Shown piece by piece: positions 1 through 8,163 of a stretch of DNA of 64,000 nucleotides (positions are counted from its first letter, which is position 1; each line of letters begins with the position of its first letter). The position numbers and the translations under genes were made by a program. The DNA comes from Actinomycetota bacterium (GTDB lineage Bacteria; Actinomycetota; CADDZG01; JAHWKV01), in the NCBI GenBank assembly GCA_040905365.1, contig JBBDRQ010000083.1, forward strand, positions 1,172 to 65,171, read 5' to 3'. The notes beneath the pieces are model-generated. The model was not told the DNA's origin and did no database searches. It worked only from the letters and a program-made list of their open reading frames with translations.

Positions 1-8
1 CTTTGACA

Positions 9-1394
9 ATGTCGCATCCCGCCCGGCGTGTGCCGTGGCGCCCGACGCTGGCAGTCGTGCTGCTGGTCCTGGTGTCAGGGCTGTTGACCGTCCCTGCCAC
101 CGCCCATCACAAGGAGGGCCACTCAGGTGGTCCGGGCCCCGACAGCGGCGACGTCTTCGGGACGGTGACCGACGCCGACAGCGGCGACCCCATCGAGAAC
201 GCGACGGTGACGCTGGAGGAGACCGGCGCCTCCGATGTGACCGATGCGGATGGCAACTATCGCATCGAAAACGTTGAAGGGGGCGACTACACCGCCACCG
301 CCACCGCCGACGGGTTCGTCTCAGAGTCGACCGATGTCACGGTCGACGGTGACGTGCAGGTCGACTTCGCCTTGGAGCCCAGCGGTCCCTGGGTCGCCAC
401 GGAGAGCATGGAGCAAGGGCGCCACAAACACACCGCGACACTGCTGGCCGACGGCACGGTGCTGGTCGCCGGCGGGGAGGACTTCTCGGACTCGTCGACG
501 GACAGCGTCGAGCGCTACCACCCCGACACCGAGACGTGGGAGCAGCTGGCCGACATGCCGAACGTGCGCAGCGAGCACACCGCGACGCGCCTGGCCGACG
601 ACCGCATGCTGATGGCCGGCGGCGTGCTCGGCAACGTCGACGTCTACGATCCCGCCACCGGCGAGTGGTCCACCGCGGCGCCGATGAACGACTGGCGTCG
701 CGAGCACACCGCGACGCTGCTGGACGACGGCCGGGTGCTCGTCACCGGCGGTCGCAACTCCCAGACGACCTCGGCGGCTCATGACACCGCCGAGATCTAC
801 GACCCCACCGCCGACACGTGGACGGTCACCGACAGCATGGCCGACGCCCGCAAGGACCACACCGCCACCAAGCTCGACGACGGTCGCGTGCTGGTCGTCG
901 GGGGCCGGCCCAGCCAAAGCAGCGGGGCGTTGGCAACCGCCGAGGTCTTCGATCCCGATACCGAGGAGTGGAGCCAGGTCGCGTCGCTCAGCGTGGCCCG
1001 CAACAACCACGACGACGCGTTGCTGGACGACGGCCGGGTTCTGGCCGCCGGCGGTGCCGACGCCGACAGCAGCACCGACGGCTTGACGAGCACCGAGATC
1101 TACGACCCCGCCGCCGACAGCTGGAAGACCGTCGATGACATGAGCCGCAAGCGCCACTTCCACACGGTGTCGTTGTTGAACGACGGGCGCGTGCTGGCCA
1201 CCGGCGGAAACAACATCGACGCCAACGGCAACTCCGAGGTGTTCGATCCAGACACAGGGGCGTGGCAGCCACTCGACGATCTCGTGGGACGCCGCGACTG
1301 GCACGCCGCCGCGGTGTTGGAGGACGGTCGCGTGCTTGCCGCCGGCAGCGCCATCGCCGAGGAAGAAGAAACCGCCGAGCTGTTCGTTCCCTGA
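9..1394 (+). CDS. secreted Kelch-repeat protein with N-terminal CarboxypepD_reg/Cna-B-like beta-sandwich domain
   Basis: Signal peptide (RRVPWRPTLAVVLLVLVSGLLTVPATA). N-terminal segment 'GTVTDADSGDPIENATVTLEETG...DGNYRIENVEGGDYTATATADGF' is typical of the prealbumin-like fold. It is followed by at least 7 blades of the 'HTATLLxDGRVLVxGG' Kelch pattern. ATG at 9 is in frame with the track ORF 3..1394. Confidence 0.8.
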   Translation: MSHPARRVPWRPTLAVVLLVLVSGLLTVPATAHHKEGHSGGPGPDSGDVFGTVTDADSGDPIENATVTLEETGASDVTDADGNYRIENVEGGDYTATATADGFVSESTDVTVDGDVQVDFALEPSGPWVATESMEQGRHKHTATLLADGTVLVAGGEDFSDSSTDSVERYHPDTETWEQLADMPNVRSEHTATRLADDRMLMAGGVLGNVDVYDPATGEWSTAAPMNDWRREHTATLLDDGRVLVTGGRNSQTTSAAHDTAEIYDPTADTWTVTDSMADARKDHTATKLDDGRVLVVGGRPSQSSGALATAEVFDPDTEEWSQVASLSVARNNHDDALLDDGRVLAAGGADADSSTDGLTSTEIYDPAADSWKTVDDMSRKRHFHTVSLLNDGRVLATGGNNIDANGNSEVFDPDTGAWQPLDDLVGRRDWHAAAVLEDGRVLAAGSAIAEEEETAELFVP

Positions 1395-1421
1395 CCCGTG
1401 CCTCTCGGAGGTCACGTAAAA

Positions 1422-1450
1422 GGGCCCGGCCCCACGTGTGGGGCCGGGCC
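1422..1450 (+). terminator. GC-rich hairpin downstream of the Kelch gene (gggcccggcccc-acgtgt-ggggccgggcc)
   Basis: Perfect 11-12 bp inverted repeat about 28 nt after the stop codon. No T-tract follows, which is common in high-GC genomes. Confidence 0.45.
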
Positions 1451-1518
1451 AGGGTCTCGGCAATCCTAGCCAGGTCCTGGGGATCTCCGACCCGCGCTCG
1501 TTTGAGGACTTGGGGGTC

Positions 1519-2720
1519 ATGCTGTGGATCGTGCTGGCGGCGCCATCAAGGTATGTCGATGGTCCAGTAGCGGGCGACGCCAACTTCGGGAGAGCGCGCT
1601 TCGGCGGCTACGTGGACTTCGGGTCGTGTGAATTCGCAAGTCAGGCGTGGTTGGCCGAACTAACCGCGAAGGGCCCCTCTGACGATCGACCACGCGGTCT
1701 TCGAGCAGATGGCCGCCGTCACTGCGTCGGGGCTCGCTGGGTCAGTGCTCCAACTCTCTGTACGTGCAACCCGGTTCGAGGCACGCGCACGCATCGACCT
1801 GTAAACGCCGACATCGACCTTACAAGCGCGACTTTTCACGACAATTGTATGCTGACCTCCCGGCCGCGCGGCGAAAGCACCGAGCATCGCCCCTGCCGGC
1901 TCATCTCCCTTGAAGAGGCCGACGTTGCCAACCTCACCGTCGCCAATGTGGACCTGTACCCTTGCCGCTTCGCCGGCGGCCCACCACCTCGACCAGCTAC
2001 GCATCGAAGGCTCACAACTGTTCGCCCATCCGCCCCATCGATGGAAGGGCTTTCGGTGGAGCCGCCGGTAGGTTATCGGCGAGGAGCACGCATGGTGACG
2101 AATCACCTACAACACCGACAACGAAGACGCCCGTAAGGCGCAAGGCTGGTTACCCGCCAGAGTGGCAGTTCGCTGTTAGGGACGTTCGACCTGATCTTCA
2201 GCTGGTGCAGATCGCGGCGATCTATCGGGGCCTGCGCAAGGGCCGCGAGGACGCCAAGCACGCGCCCGGCGCGGCGGACTTCTACTACGGCGAGATGGAG
2301 ATGCGCCGGCACTCCTCTGACACCCCGACGGCCGAGCGGGCGATCTTGTTCGCTTACTGGTTGTTGTCGGGCTATGCGCTTCGCACCAGTCGCGCGCTCA
2401 TCGCGCTGGTGGCGGTCGTGCTGGTCGACTGGCTGGCTCTTGGCGCCGTCGGCTACCAGCAACCCGCGCGACAAGAAGCCGTGCTGAGGGGTCAGATCGG
2501 CGACGAGCCGGTCGAGGTCGACCTGACCGAAGCCCCTCCCGTAGAGCCGGGTTGGGATGATGCGTTCTGGGCGAGTGTCGAGTCGGCGGCATTTCGCGCC
2601 CCCGAGGATTCCCGGGCGCTGACCAGGCCTGGTCAGATCACCACGACCGCGCTGCGGGTCCTCGGGCCGGGGCTGATCGTGTCGGCGGTGCTGTCGTTGC
2701 GCGGCCGCGTGAAGCGCTGA
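1519..2720 (+). pseudogene. pentapeptide-repeat protein with C-terminal membrane segment, disrupted by frameshift(s)
   Basis: Frame 1 (1438..2136) encodes pentapeptide repeats (ANFGR ARFGG YVDFG SCEFA SQAWL; ADVAN LTVAN VDLYP CRFAG). The reading continues only in a different frame (1962..2720: ...ADFYYGEMEMRR...LFAYWLLSGYALRTSRALIALVAVVLVDWLALGAV). No single frame spans both halves. Confidence 0.4.
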
Positions 2721-2817
2721 CCGCGGCGCCTCCACGGGCCCCCCGACGGCCGCCGTGGAACACTCCGACGCTGACCGGCGGGATGGGTGGTGCCCGTGGT
2801 GAGGAGGTGAACGGGAG

Positions 2818-3141
2818 GTGAGTCAGCGACGTCGTGAGTTCGTGCGCCGGTCCGAGGAGCCGCGGCATCGGCGGGTGACGATTCGCTTCACCGAGGACGA
2901 GTACGTCGCGGTGGAGGCGGCGGCGGCGCAGGCGCGGCTGGCGGTGACGGCGTGGGCCGGCCAGGTACTGGTCGGTGAGGCGGGCTTGGGGCGCCGGCCG
3001 GTGCCGTGGGCAGTGGAGGTGCAGCGCGTGGAGGATGCGGCTGCTGAGGCGCGCCGGGTGGGGGTGTTGCTCAATCAGGCGGTGGCGGCGCTGCACTCCA
3101 CCGGTGAGGCGCCCGACGAGCTGGACGATGCGGTGACCTGA
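2818..3141 (+). CDS. MobC-like relaxosome accessory protein (ribbon-helix-helix)
   Basis: 107 aa: 'RRVTIRFTEDEYVAVEAAAAQARLAVTAWAGQVL'. This is the RxxxxxRLTxxExxxLxxxA pattern of bacterial mobilisation protein MobC. It lies immediately upstream of a relaxase fragment. Confidence 0.55.
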   Translation: MSQRRREFVRRSEEPRHRRVTIRFTEDEYVAVEAAAAQARLAVTAWAGQVLVGEAGLGRRPVPWAVEVQRVEDAAAEARRVGVLLNQAVAALHSTGEAPDELDDAVT

Positions 3142-3804
3142 TGGTGATCGCCAAGGTCTCGCGGCGCAGCAACCCCAAGGGGTTGATGCGCTATCTGCTC
3201 GGCCCCGGCGCCGACGACCGCAACCCGCATCGTGATCCGCGGGTGATCGCATCGTGGCGCGGCGACCTCGAGGCGCGTCCCGAGCAGGCCACGCAGCTGG
3301 GCGGTCAGCTGGACGAGCTCGCGCAGCGCCACGGGCACGGCGCGACGCCCAAGCGGGTGTGGCACGGGTCGCTGCGCGCCGCGCCGGGCGATCGGGTGTT
3401 GGGCGAAGCCGAGTGGGCCGCGGCCGCCCAGCAGCTGGTGGCGGCCAACGGTCTGGAGGGGTGTCGGTGGGTGGCGGTGCGCCACGGCGATGACCACCTA
3501 CCGGCCTAGCTGGGGGGTGGACAGCGACGGCGACACCGGCGAGCTGCCCACCCTCGACAACGCCGACCACGTCGAAGAGGCGACTGAAGCCGACCCCGAC
3601 GACCGCTATAGCGACGTGTGCGCGTGGGTGACCCAGTGGGCACTGACAACCCTCCGCACCGCCGCACAGACCGGCGGACGGCGCTGGTGTGCCCAATCGG
3701 AGCAGCACCCCGAAGCCGTCCTGCGGCTCACCCTCGCCTGGCAGATGTGGGAGCGCGCCCGCCACGACCCCGCCGCCTACACGAGCTGGCTGCTCGACAC
3801 CTGA
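3141..3804 (+). pseudogene. MobA/VirD2-family relaxase, N-terminal fragments only (truncated/frameshifted)
   Basis: 3141..3509 begins 'MVIAKVSRRSNPKGLMRYLLGP', the hallmark start of relaxase/mobilisation nuclease domains. It ends after 122 aa at '...VAVRHGDDHLPA', a degraded HxDxxHxH region. Reading continues in another frame (3490..3804). No full-length relaxase ORF exists. Confidence 0.5.
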
Positions 3805-3926
3805 AACCGCATGTGGGCCGCCCTCACCGCCACCGACGGCCCCTTCGCCGCCTGCACCCCACAGCGGCACGACGAGACATGACGGTAAATAAGTGAGCGC
3901 AGAATGCCTCTACCTCATGTTGATAA

Positions 3927-3962
3927 GGCGCTCCTCCGGGCCCCATGCCCGGAGGAGCTGCC
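3927..3962. terminator. strong 12-bp-stem hairpin (gctcctccgggc-cccat-gcccggaggagc)
   Basis: Perfect inverted repeat seen directly in the sequence. It lies between the relaxase remnant and the Trp-rich ORF. Confidence 0.35.
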
Positions 3963-4078
3963 TCAGTGTCCACGCAGACGCGTCACCTTAATTGACGGTC
4001 AACGTCACAGCCTTTCGGCTTGATCACGTACCCTCAGTAGTTCACTTCGATCTGGAACCACTAGGAGGGCTCCCACGC

Positions 4079-4504
4079 CTACTCGACCCCGTTGCTAGGG
4101 TAGCGCGACCTTCGGACCGAAGGCTCATGCCTTGGCTGGCATCCGTGACCACAGGAGCGCCGAACAGAAATTCCGAGCGCTCCCATCAGTCGGCGCGCCT
4201 TATACCAAAAGGTTTGCTTGTTGGCCGTAGGCGTGAACTGCCACCAAGTAACATTAATCCAGTAGTCCCCGCCTTTATACCAGGCCCGGCTACAGTAGGC
4301 GCGACCGTTGAATGTGTTCTTCGAGCCGACTCGCACTCTCGGGTAGATTATGTTGTCTCCCCAGTCACCACCCGACCACATGTTGTCCACAGCACCAAAT
4401 ACACCGATGACCTTTCCGCCACCTCCGCAATTCCAGTTCCCGACCACCACGTAGGCGTTGCCCGGGTACCACGCGTGCGCCGGCGGGGCCGTGGCAACGG
4501 TCAC
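4079..4504 (-). CDS. hypothetical Trp/Gly/Tyr-rich protein (possible beta-rich lectin/bacteriocin-like), probably 5'-truncated
   Basis: 141 aa ORF in a locally lower-GC stretch: 'WYPGNAYVVVGNWNCGGGGKVIGVFGAVDNMWSGGDWGDNIIYP...WYKGGDYWINVTWWQFT'. It has no recognisable N-terminal signal. Its start abuts the CRISPR-like repeat. Confidence 0.3.
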   Translation of the reverse strand: MTVATAPPAHAWYPGNAYVVVGNWNCGGGGKVIGVFGAVDNMWSGGDWGDNIIYPRVRVGSKNTFNGRAYCSRAWYKGGDYWINVTWWQFTPTANKQTFWYKARRLMGALGISVRRSCGHGCQPRHEPSVRRSRYPSNGVE

Positions 4505-4510
4505 AGCCGC

Positions 4511-4596
4511 GTTGTCCCCGCGTGAGGAAGGTTATCCAAGGGCTTCCCTGCTTCGTCCGGGGACATGATCGTCCCCGCGTGAGCGCGGGTATTCCG
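4511..4596 (+). CRISPR. two-unit type I-E-like CRISPR repeat remnant (one degenerate repeat, 28-nt spacer)
   Basis: R2 at 4568..4596 is 'ATCGTCCCCGCGTGAGCGCGGGTATTCCG', with an internal CCCGCG-TGAG-CGCGGG hairpin typical of I-E repeats. R1 at 4511..4539 is 'GTTGTCCCCGCGTGAGGAAGGTTATCCAA' and matches R2 at 20 of 29 positions. No cas genes lie nearby. Confidence 0.3.
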
Positions 4597-4667
4597 ATTG
4601 TGCCCTGGTGCCAGAAGTGGTGGCCGATCTGCTTGCCCGAGTAGCCGGCCGTGCTGGGCGATGGCAT

Positions 4668-5573
4668 TTAACCGGTGCTCCGCTGCTGCAGGTACCGCAG
4701 TATTCCCCGGGCATTTAGGTCGTAGGAACAGCTGTACTCGAACTTCTCGACTACCTCGGGGTCCAGGTCGGGATAGAACTCCGGCCGGCGGGCTCGGAAG
4801 TCCTCGATCATCTCCTGCAGGCCGCCGCCGGCTGCGTAGACGCGCTCGGCTGCCTCTACCCACTGCGTGAAGCGCCGGGGCGCCTCCTCGAAGATCTCGT
4901 CCACGTCGGGCGCCGGACCGTAGTGCGTGGGCAGGGCGCGGCCGGGTCCCAGTTTGCGTAGGCGCTGCGCGGTGTTGATGAGTAGCTCCAGGTCGAACTC
5001 AGGCGGAGGGGTTGCGGGGCGGACCACTCCGGCGTCGGGTACCCGCACGCCCAGGGCGTCGCCTACGAACAGGTCGCCGGAATCGGAGTCCAGCAGAGCC
5101 ATCTGGTGCTTGGCGTGACCCGGCGCGTAGTGGGCCTCCAGGCGGCGGCCGCCACCCAGCTCAACGGCCGGACCGTCCTCGTCGATCGCAATGATCCGGT
5201 CGGGGTCGACCGGCAGCATCTGTCCCCACAGCTCCTCCATGTTGGGGTACAGGCGGGCCGCCGACGCCCATAAGCGGCTGGGGTCGGCCAGGTGCCGTGC
5301 TCCTTCTCGGCGGACGACCACCTTGGCCTCCGGGAAGCGGCGCGCCAAGTGGCCGGCGGCGCCGGCGTGGTCGAGGTGAATGTGGGTGAGCACGATCCAG
5401 GCAAGGCTGTCCACGCCCGCGGCATCCAGCGCGGAGAGGACGTGCTCTACGGAGGATCCGGGGCCGGTGTCGATTATCGCGGGGTTGGGCCCGGGCAGCA
5501 GGTACACCGCGGTGATGCCGGCCCACCCGTGCATGTGGGTATCGAGGGTCTTTACTTCGGCGGGTTGGCTCAT
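4668..5573 (-). CDS. MBL-fold metallo-hydrolase
   Basis: HxHxDH motif 'LTHIHLDHAG' and downstream His/Asp ligands. 301 aa. Confidence 0.85.
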   Translation of the reverse strand: MSQPAEVKTLDTHMHGWAGITAVYLLPGPNPAIIDTGPGSSVEHVLSALDAAGVDSLAWIVLTHIHLDHAGAAGHLARRFPEAKVVVRREGARHLADPSRLWASAARLYPNMEELWGQMLPVDPDRIIAIDEDGPAVELGGGRRLEAHYAPGHAKHQMALLDSDSGDLFVGDALGVRVPDAGVVRPATPPPEFDLELLINTAQRLRKLGPGRALPTHYGPAPDVDEIFEEAPRRFTQWVEAAERVYAAGGGLQEMIEDFRARRPEFYPDLDPEVVEKFEYSCSYDLNARGILRYLQQRSTG

Positions 5574-5668
5574 GTAGTCGGTCCAGGTTTGATCGAAAGT
5601 GTCGGCAGTGCCATGGTACCGACATCGCCGAGTCGCTTCAGCGGCCCCCGGCGAGATGGTTTGGGCGC

Positions 5669-7465
5669 CTACCCCCGGTCTAACCTCTCGAGTTCCTCCG
5701 ACAGCTGCAGCCAGCGGGTTTCCAGCTCTGAGTGCTTGGCGGTCAGCTCCTCAAGAGCCTTGACAAGGGTTGCCAGGCCCTCGTAGTCGGTCTGGTCGTG
5801 TTCGGCTACCGCCCGGCTCGCCTGCTGTACCTGCCCGGGAAGCTTTTGGAGCTGGCGCTCGACCGACGCCATCTTCTTTGCGGCGCGGCGCCGATCCGCT
5901 ACGTCGGACTTGGGGCGAGGCGCTGCCGTGCCGGCCCCCGATGCCGCTCCGGCGCGGCCGATGGAGTCCCTGCGTAACTTCAGGTACTGCTCCACGCCTC
6001 CCGGTAGGTGCCGGAGGCGTCCGTCCAGCAGGGCGTACTGCTGATCGGTGACGCGCTCGATGAGGTACCGGTCATGGGAGGCCACCAGCAGGGTGCCCGG
6101 CCACGAGTCGAGCAGGTCCTCCATGGCGGTCAGCATGTCGATGTCCAGGTCGTTGGACGGCTCGTCCAGGATCAGGACGTTGGGTTCGTCCAGCAGGGTG
6201 AGCAGCAGGTGCAGCCGGCGCTTCTGGCCGCCGGACAGCCGCCCGACGGGGCTGGACAGCTTGGCGCTTTCGAAGCCCAGGCCCTCCAGGAGCTGCGCCG
6301 GGGTCATCTGCTTGCCGCCGGCCGAGTACGAGGTCCTGTATTCGGCTATGACGTCGCTGACCCGCCGGTGGGCCACCTCGTTGAGATCGTCGGGCTCCTG
6401 GCTCAAGGTGGCGATCTTGACGGTTTTGCCGTGCTTGACCTCACCGTGGGTGGGCGGGAGCTCTCCGGTTATCAGGCGCAGCAAGGTGGTCTTGCCGGCG
6501 CCGTTGGCGCCCAGTATCCCGGTCCGCTCGCCGGGGCCGATGCGCCACTCGATGTTGTGCAAAATCTCGTTATCCCCGAACGCCACCGAAGCGTTCAGCA
6601 GGCTCACCGCCTCGCGCCCCAAGCGCGCGCTGGCCAGCTTTTTGAGCTCGACCTGATCGCGCGGTGGGGGCTCGTCGGCGATCAGGTCCTCGGCGGCCTC
6701 TACCCGGAACTTGGGCTTGGTGGTGCGCGCCGGGGGCCCTCTGCGCAGCCAGGCCAGCTCCTTGCGCATCAGGTTCTGCCGCTTGCGCTCAACGACGGCG
6801 GCCATGCGGTCTCGTTCAACCCGCTGCAAGACGTACGCCGAGTAGCCTCCTTCGAACGGGTCTACGACGCGGTCGTGAACCTCCCAGGTCGCGGTGGACA
6901 CCTCGTCGAGAAACCAGCGGTCGTGAGTGACCACCAGCAGCGCCCCTGATCCCGCCGGCCATCGCCCTTTGAGGTGGGCGGCCAACCAGGTGATTGCGTC
7001 GACATCCAGGTGGTTGGTGGGCTCATCGAGCAGCAGAATGTCGGGCTCGGTGACCAATACCTTGGCCAGGTCGACCCGCCGCCGCTGGCCCCCGCTGAGG
7101 TGGCCGACTTCACCGGTCCAGGGCAGCTCGGAGACGAGGGCATCGACAATCTGCCGGATTCTAGGGTCGCGGGCCCAAACGTGGTCTGGGACGTCGCCTA
7201 CAACGGAATGACCTACGGTTAGTTGCGAGTCGAGGGAATCGGACTGCTCGAGCATCCCTACGGTGGTGCCCCGGCGCAGGGTGACGCGCCCGCCGTCCGG
7301 TTGCACCCTGCCGGCCAGCAGCTTAAGCAGGGTGGACTTGCCCTCGCCGTTGCGTCCGACGATGCCGGTTCGGTCGCCCTGTTCCACGCCCAGAGTCACC
7401 GACTCGAAAAGGACGCCGGTCTGGTGCTTGAGGTGGAGGTTCTCGGCCCCCAGTAGATGTCCCAT
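5669..7465 (-). CDS. ABC-F family ATPase (tandem ABC domains, no TMD) with C-terminal coiled-coil
   Basis: Two Walker A motifs (GRNGEGKST, GANGAGKTT). Two ABC signatures (LSGGQRRR, LSGGQKRR). A Lys/Glu-rich linker and a C-terminal coiled coil. Confidence 0.9.
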   Translation of the reverse strand: MGHLLGAENLHLKHQTGVLFESVTLGVEQGDRTGIVGRNGEGKSTLLKLLAGRVQPDGGRVTLRRGTTVGMLEQSDSLDSQLTVGHSVVGDVPDHVWARDPRIRQIVDALVSELPWTGEVGHLSGGQRRRVDLAKVLVTEPDILLLDEPTNHLDVDAITWLAAHLKGRWPAGSGALLVVTHDRWFLDEVSTATWEVHDRVVDPFEGGYSAYVLQRVERDRMAAVVERKRQNLMRKELAWLRRGPPARTTKPKFRVEAAEDLIADEPPPRDQVELKKLASARLGREAVSLLNASVAFGDNEILHNIEWRIGPGERTGILGANGAGKTTLLRLITGELPPTHGEVKHGKTVKIATLSQEPDDLNEVAHRRVSDVIAEYRTSYSAGGKQMTPAQLLEGLGFESAKLSSPVGRLSGGQKRRLHLLLTLLDEPNVLILDEPSNDLDIDMLTAMEDLLDSWPGTLLVASHDRYLIERVTDQQYALLDGRLRHLPGGVEQYLKLRRDSIGRAGAASGAGTAAPRPKSDVADRRRAAKKMASVERQLQKLPGQVQQASRAVAEHDQTDYEGLATLVKALEELTAKHSELETRWLQLSEELERLDRG

Positions 7466-7594
7466 GGGTTACAGATTACGCAACACCGAGGCTTTCGCCG
7501 CGTGGAGGGTGAGCCAAGGCTCTGCCGTGCAGGCTTAAGCTGGGGTTACGGCAGGTTGATATTGGGAAGGTTTACTAAAGGTTGACTAACGGAG

Positions 7595-8140
7595 GTGGGC
7601 CGCTTGCGAACAAAGTTGCTGATGATTGTCTTATTGGTGGCCGGTGCAGCGTGCGCTCCCGAGGAGGGGCCCGAGGCGGCGGCTAGCCCGTCGCCCACCT
7701 CGGCCGTATCCAGCCCCTTGCCGACCGAGGCGGCGGTACAAGACGTCGAAATCTATCTTCACTCGGGCAACGACGAGGATTGCGCTGAGGTTGTCGGGGT
7801 GCAGCGCGAGGTCGATGAGTCAACGCTGACCGCGGCCATGGAGCAGTTGCTGGCCGGTCCTACGGAGGGGGAAGCCGCGCAAGGTTTGGGCGGCTGGTTT
7901 TCCGGGGAAACCGAATCGATGTTGATCTCGGCCGAGATAGACGGTGACGTGGCCCGGGTGGACTTCGAGGACTTCCGGGACGTGATCCCCAACGCCTCCA
8001 CGTCCTGCGGGAGCGCCATGCTGCTGGCGCAGTTGGACTCCACAGCCGAGCAATTCGATGTGTCCGGCACCCTCTACTCCATCGAGGGGGAGCCGCAGAC
8101 CTTCTACGAATGGCTTCAGCTGGGCACTCCCGACCTGTAG
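7595..8140 (+). CDS. exported protein with GerMN-like domain (possible lipoprotein)
   Basis: Signal peptide 'LLMIVLLVAGAAC' with Cys at +1. 'LTAAMEQLLAGPTEGEAAQGL' and 'VARVDFEDF' match the GerMN family pattern. Confidence 0.55.
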   Translation: MGRLRTKLLMIVLLVAGAACAPEEGPEAAASPSPTSAVSSPLPTEAAVQDVEIYLHSGNDEDCAEVVGVQREVDESTLTAAMEQLLAGPTEGEAAQGLGGWFSGETESMLISAEIDGDVARVDFEDFRDVIPNASTSCGSAMLLAQLDSTAEQFDVSGTLYSIEGEPQTFYEWLQLGTPDL

Positions 8141-8163
8141 AGATCACGTTACTCTTAGACCTC

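Noticed and set aside
321-1583. 420-aa minus-strand ORF antisense to the Kelch gene. Similar long antisense or overlapping ORFs occur at 2638..3870(-), 6008..6949(+), 8522..9790(-), 23420..24544(-), 25399..26049(-), 27469..28164(-), 44664..45695(-) and 56341..57987(-).
   Set aside because: Their translations are R/A/P/G-rich low-complexity strings with no motifs. They lie opposite well-supported genes. This is typical of stop-codon-poor antisense frames in about 70% GC DNA.
3992-4525. 177-aa plus-strand ORF overlapping the Trp-rich minus-strand ORF.
   Set aside because: Translation is less protein-like (R/P/V-rich) than the minus-strand alternative. Kept only the minus-strand call, itself low confidence.
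4511-4596. Calling a functional CRISPR-Cas locus.
   Set aside because: Only two repeat units, one of them degenerate. The spacer is short (28 nt). No cas genes anywhere in the 64 kb. Reported as a remnant only.
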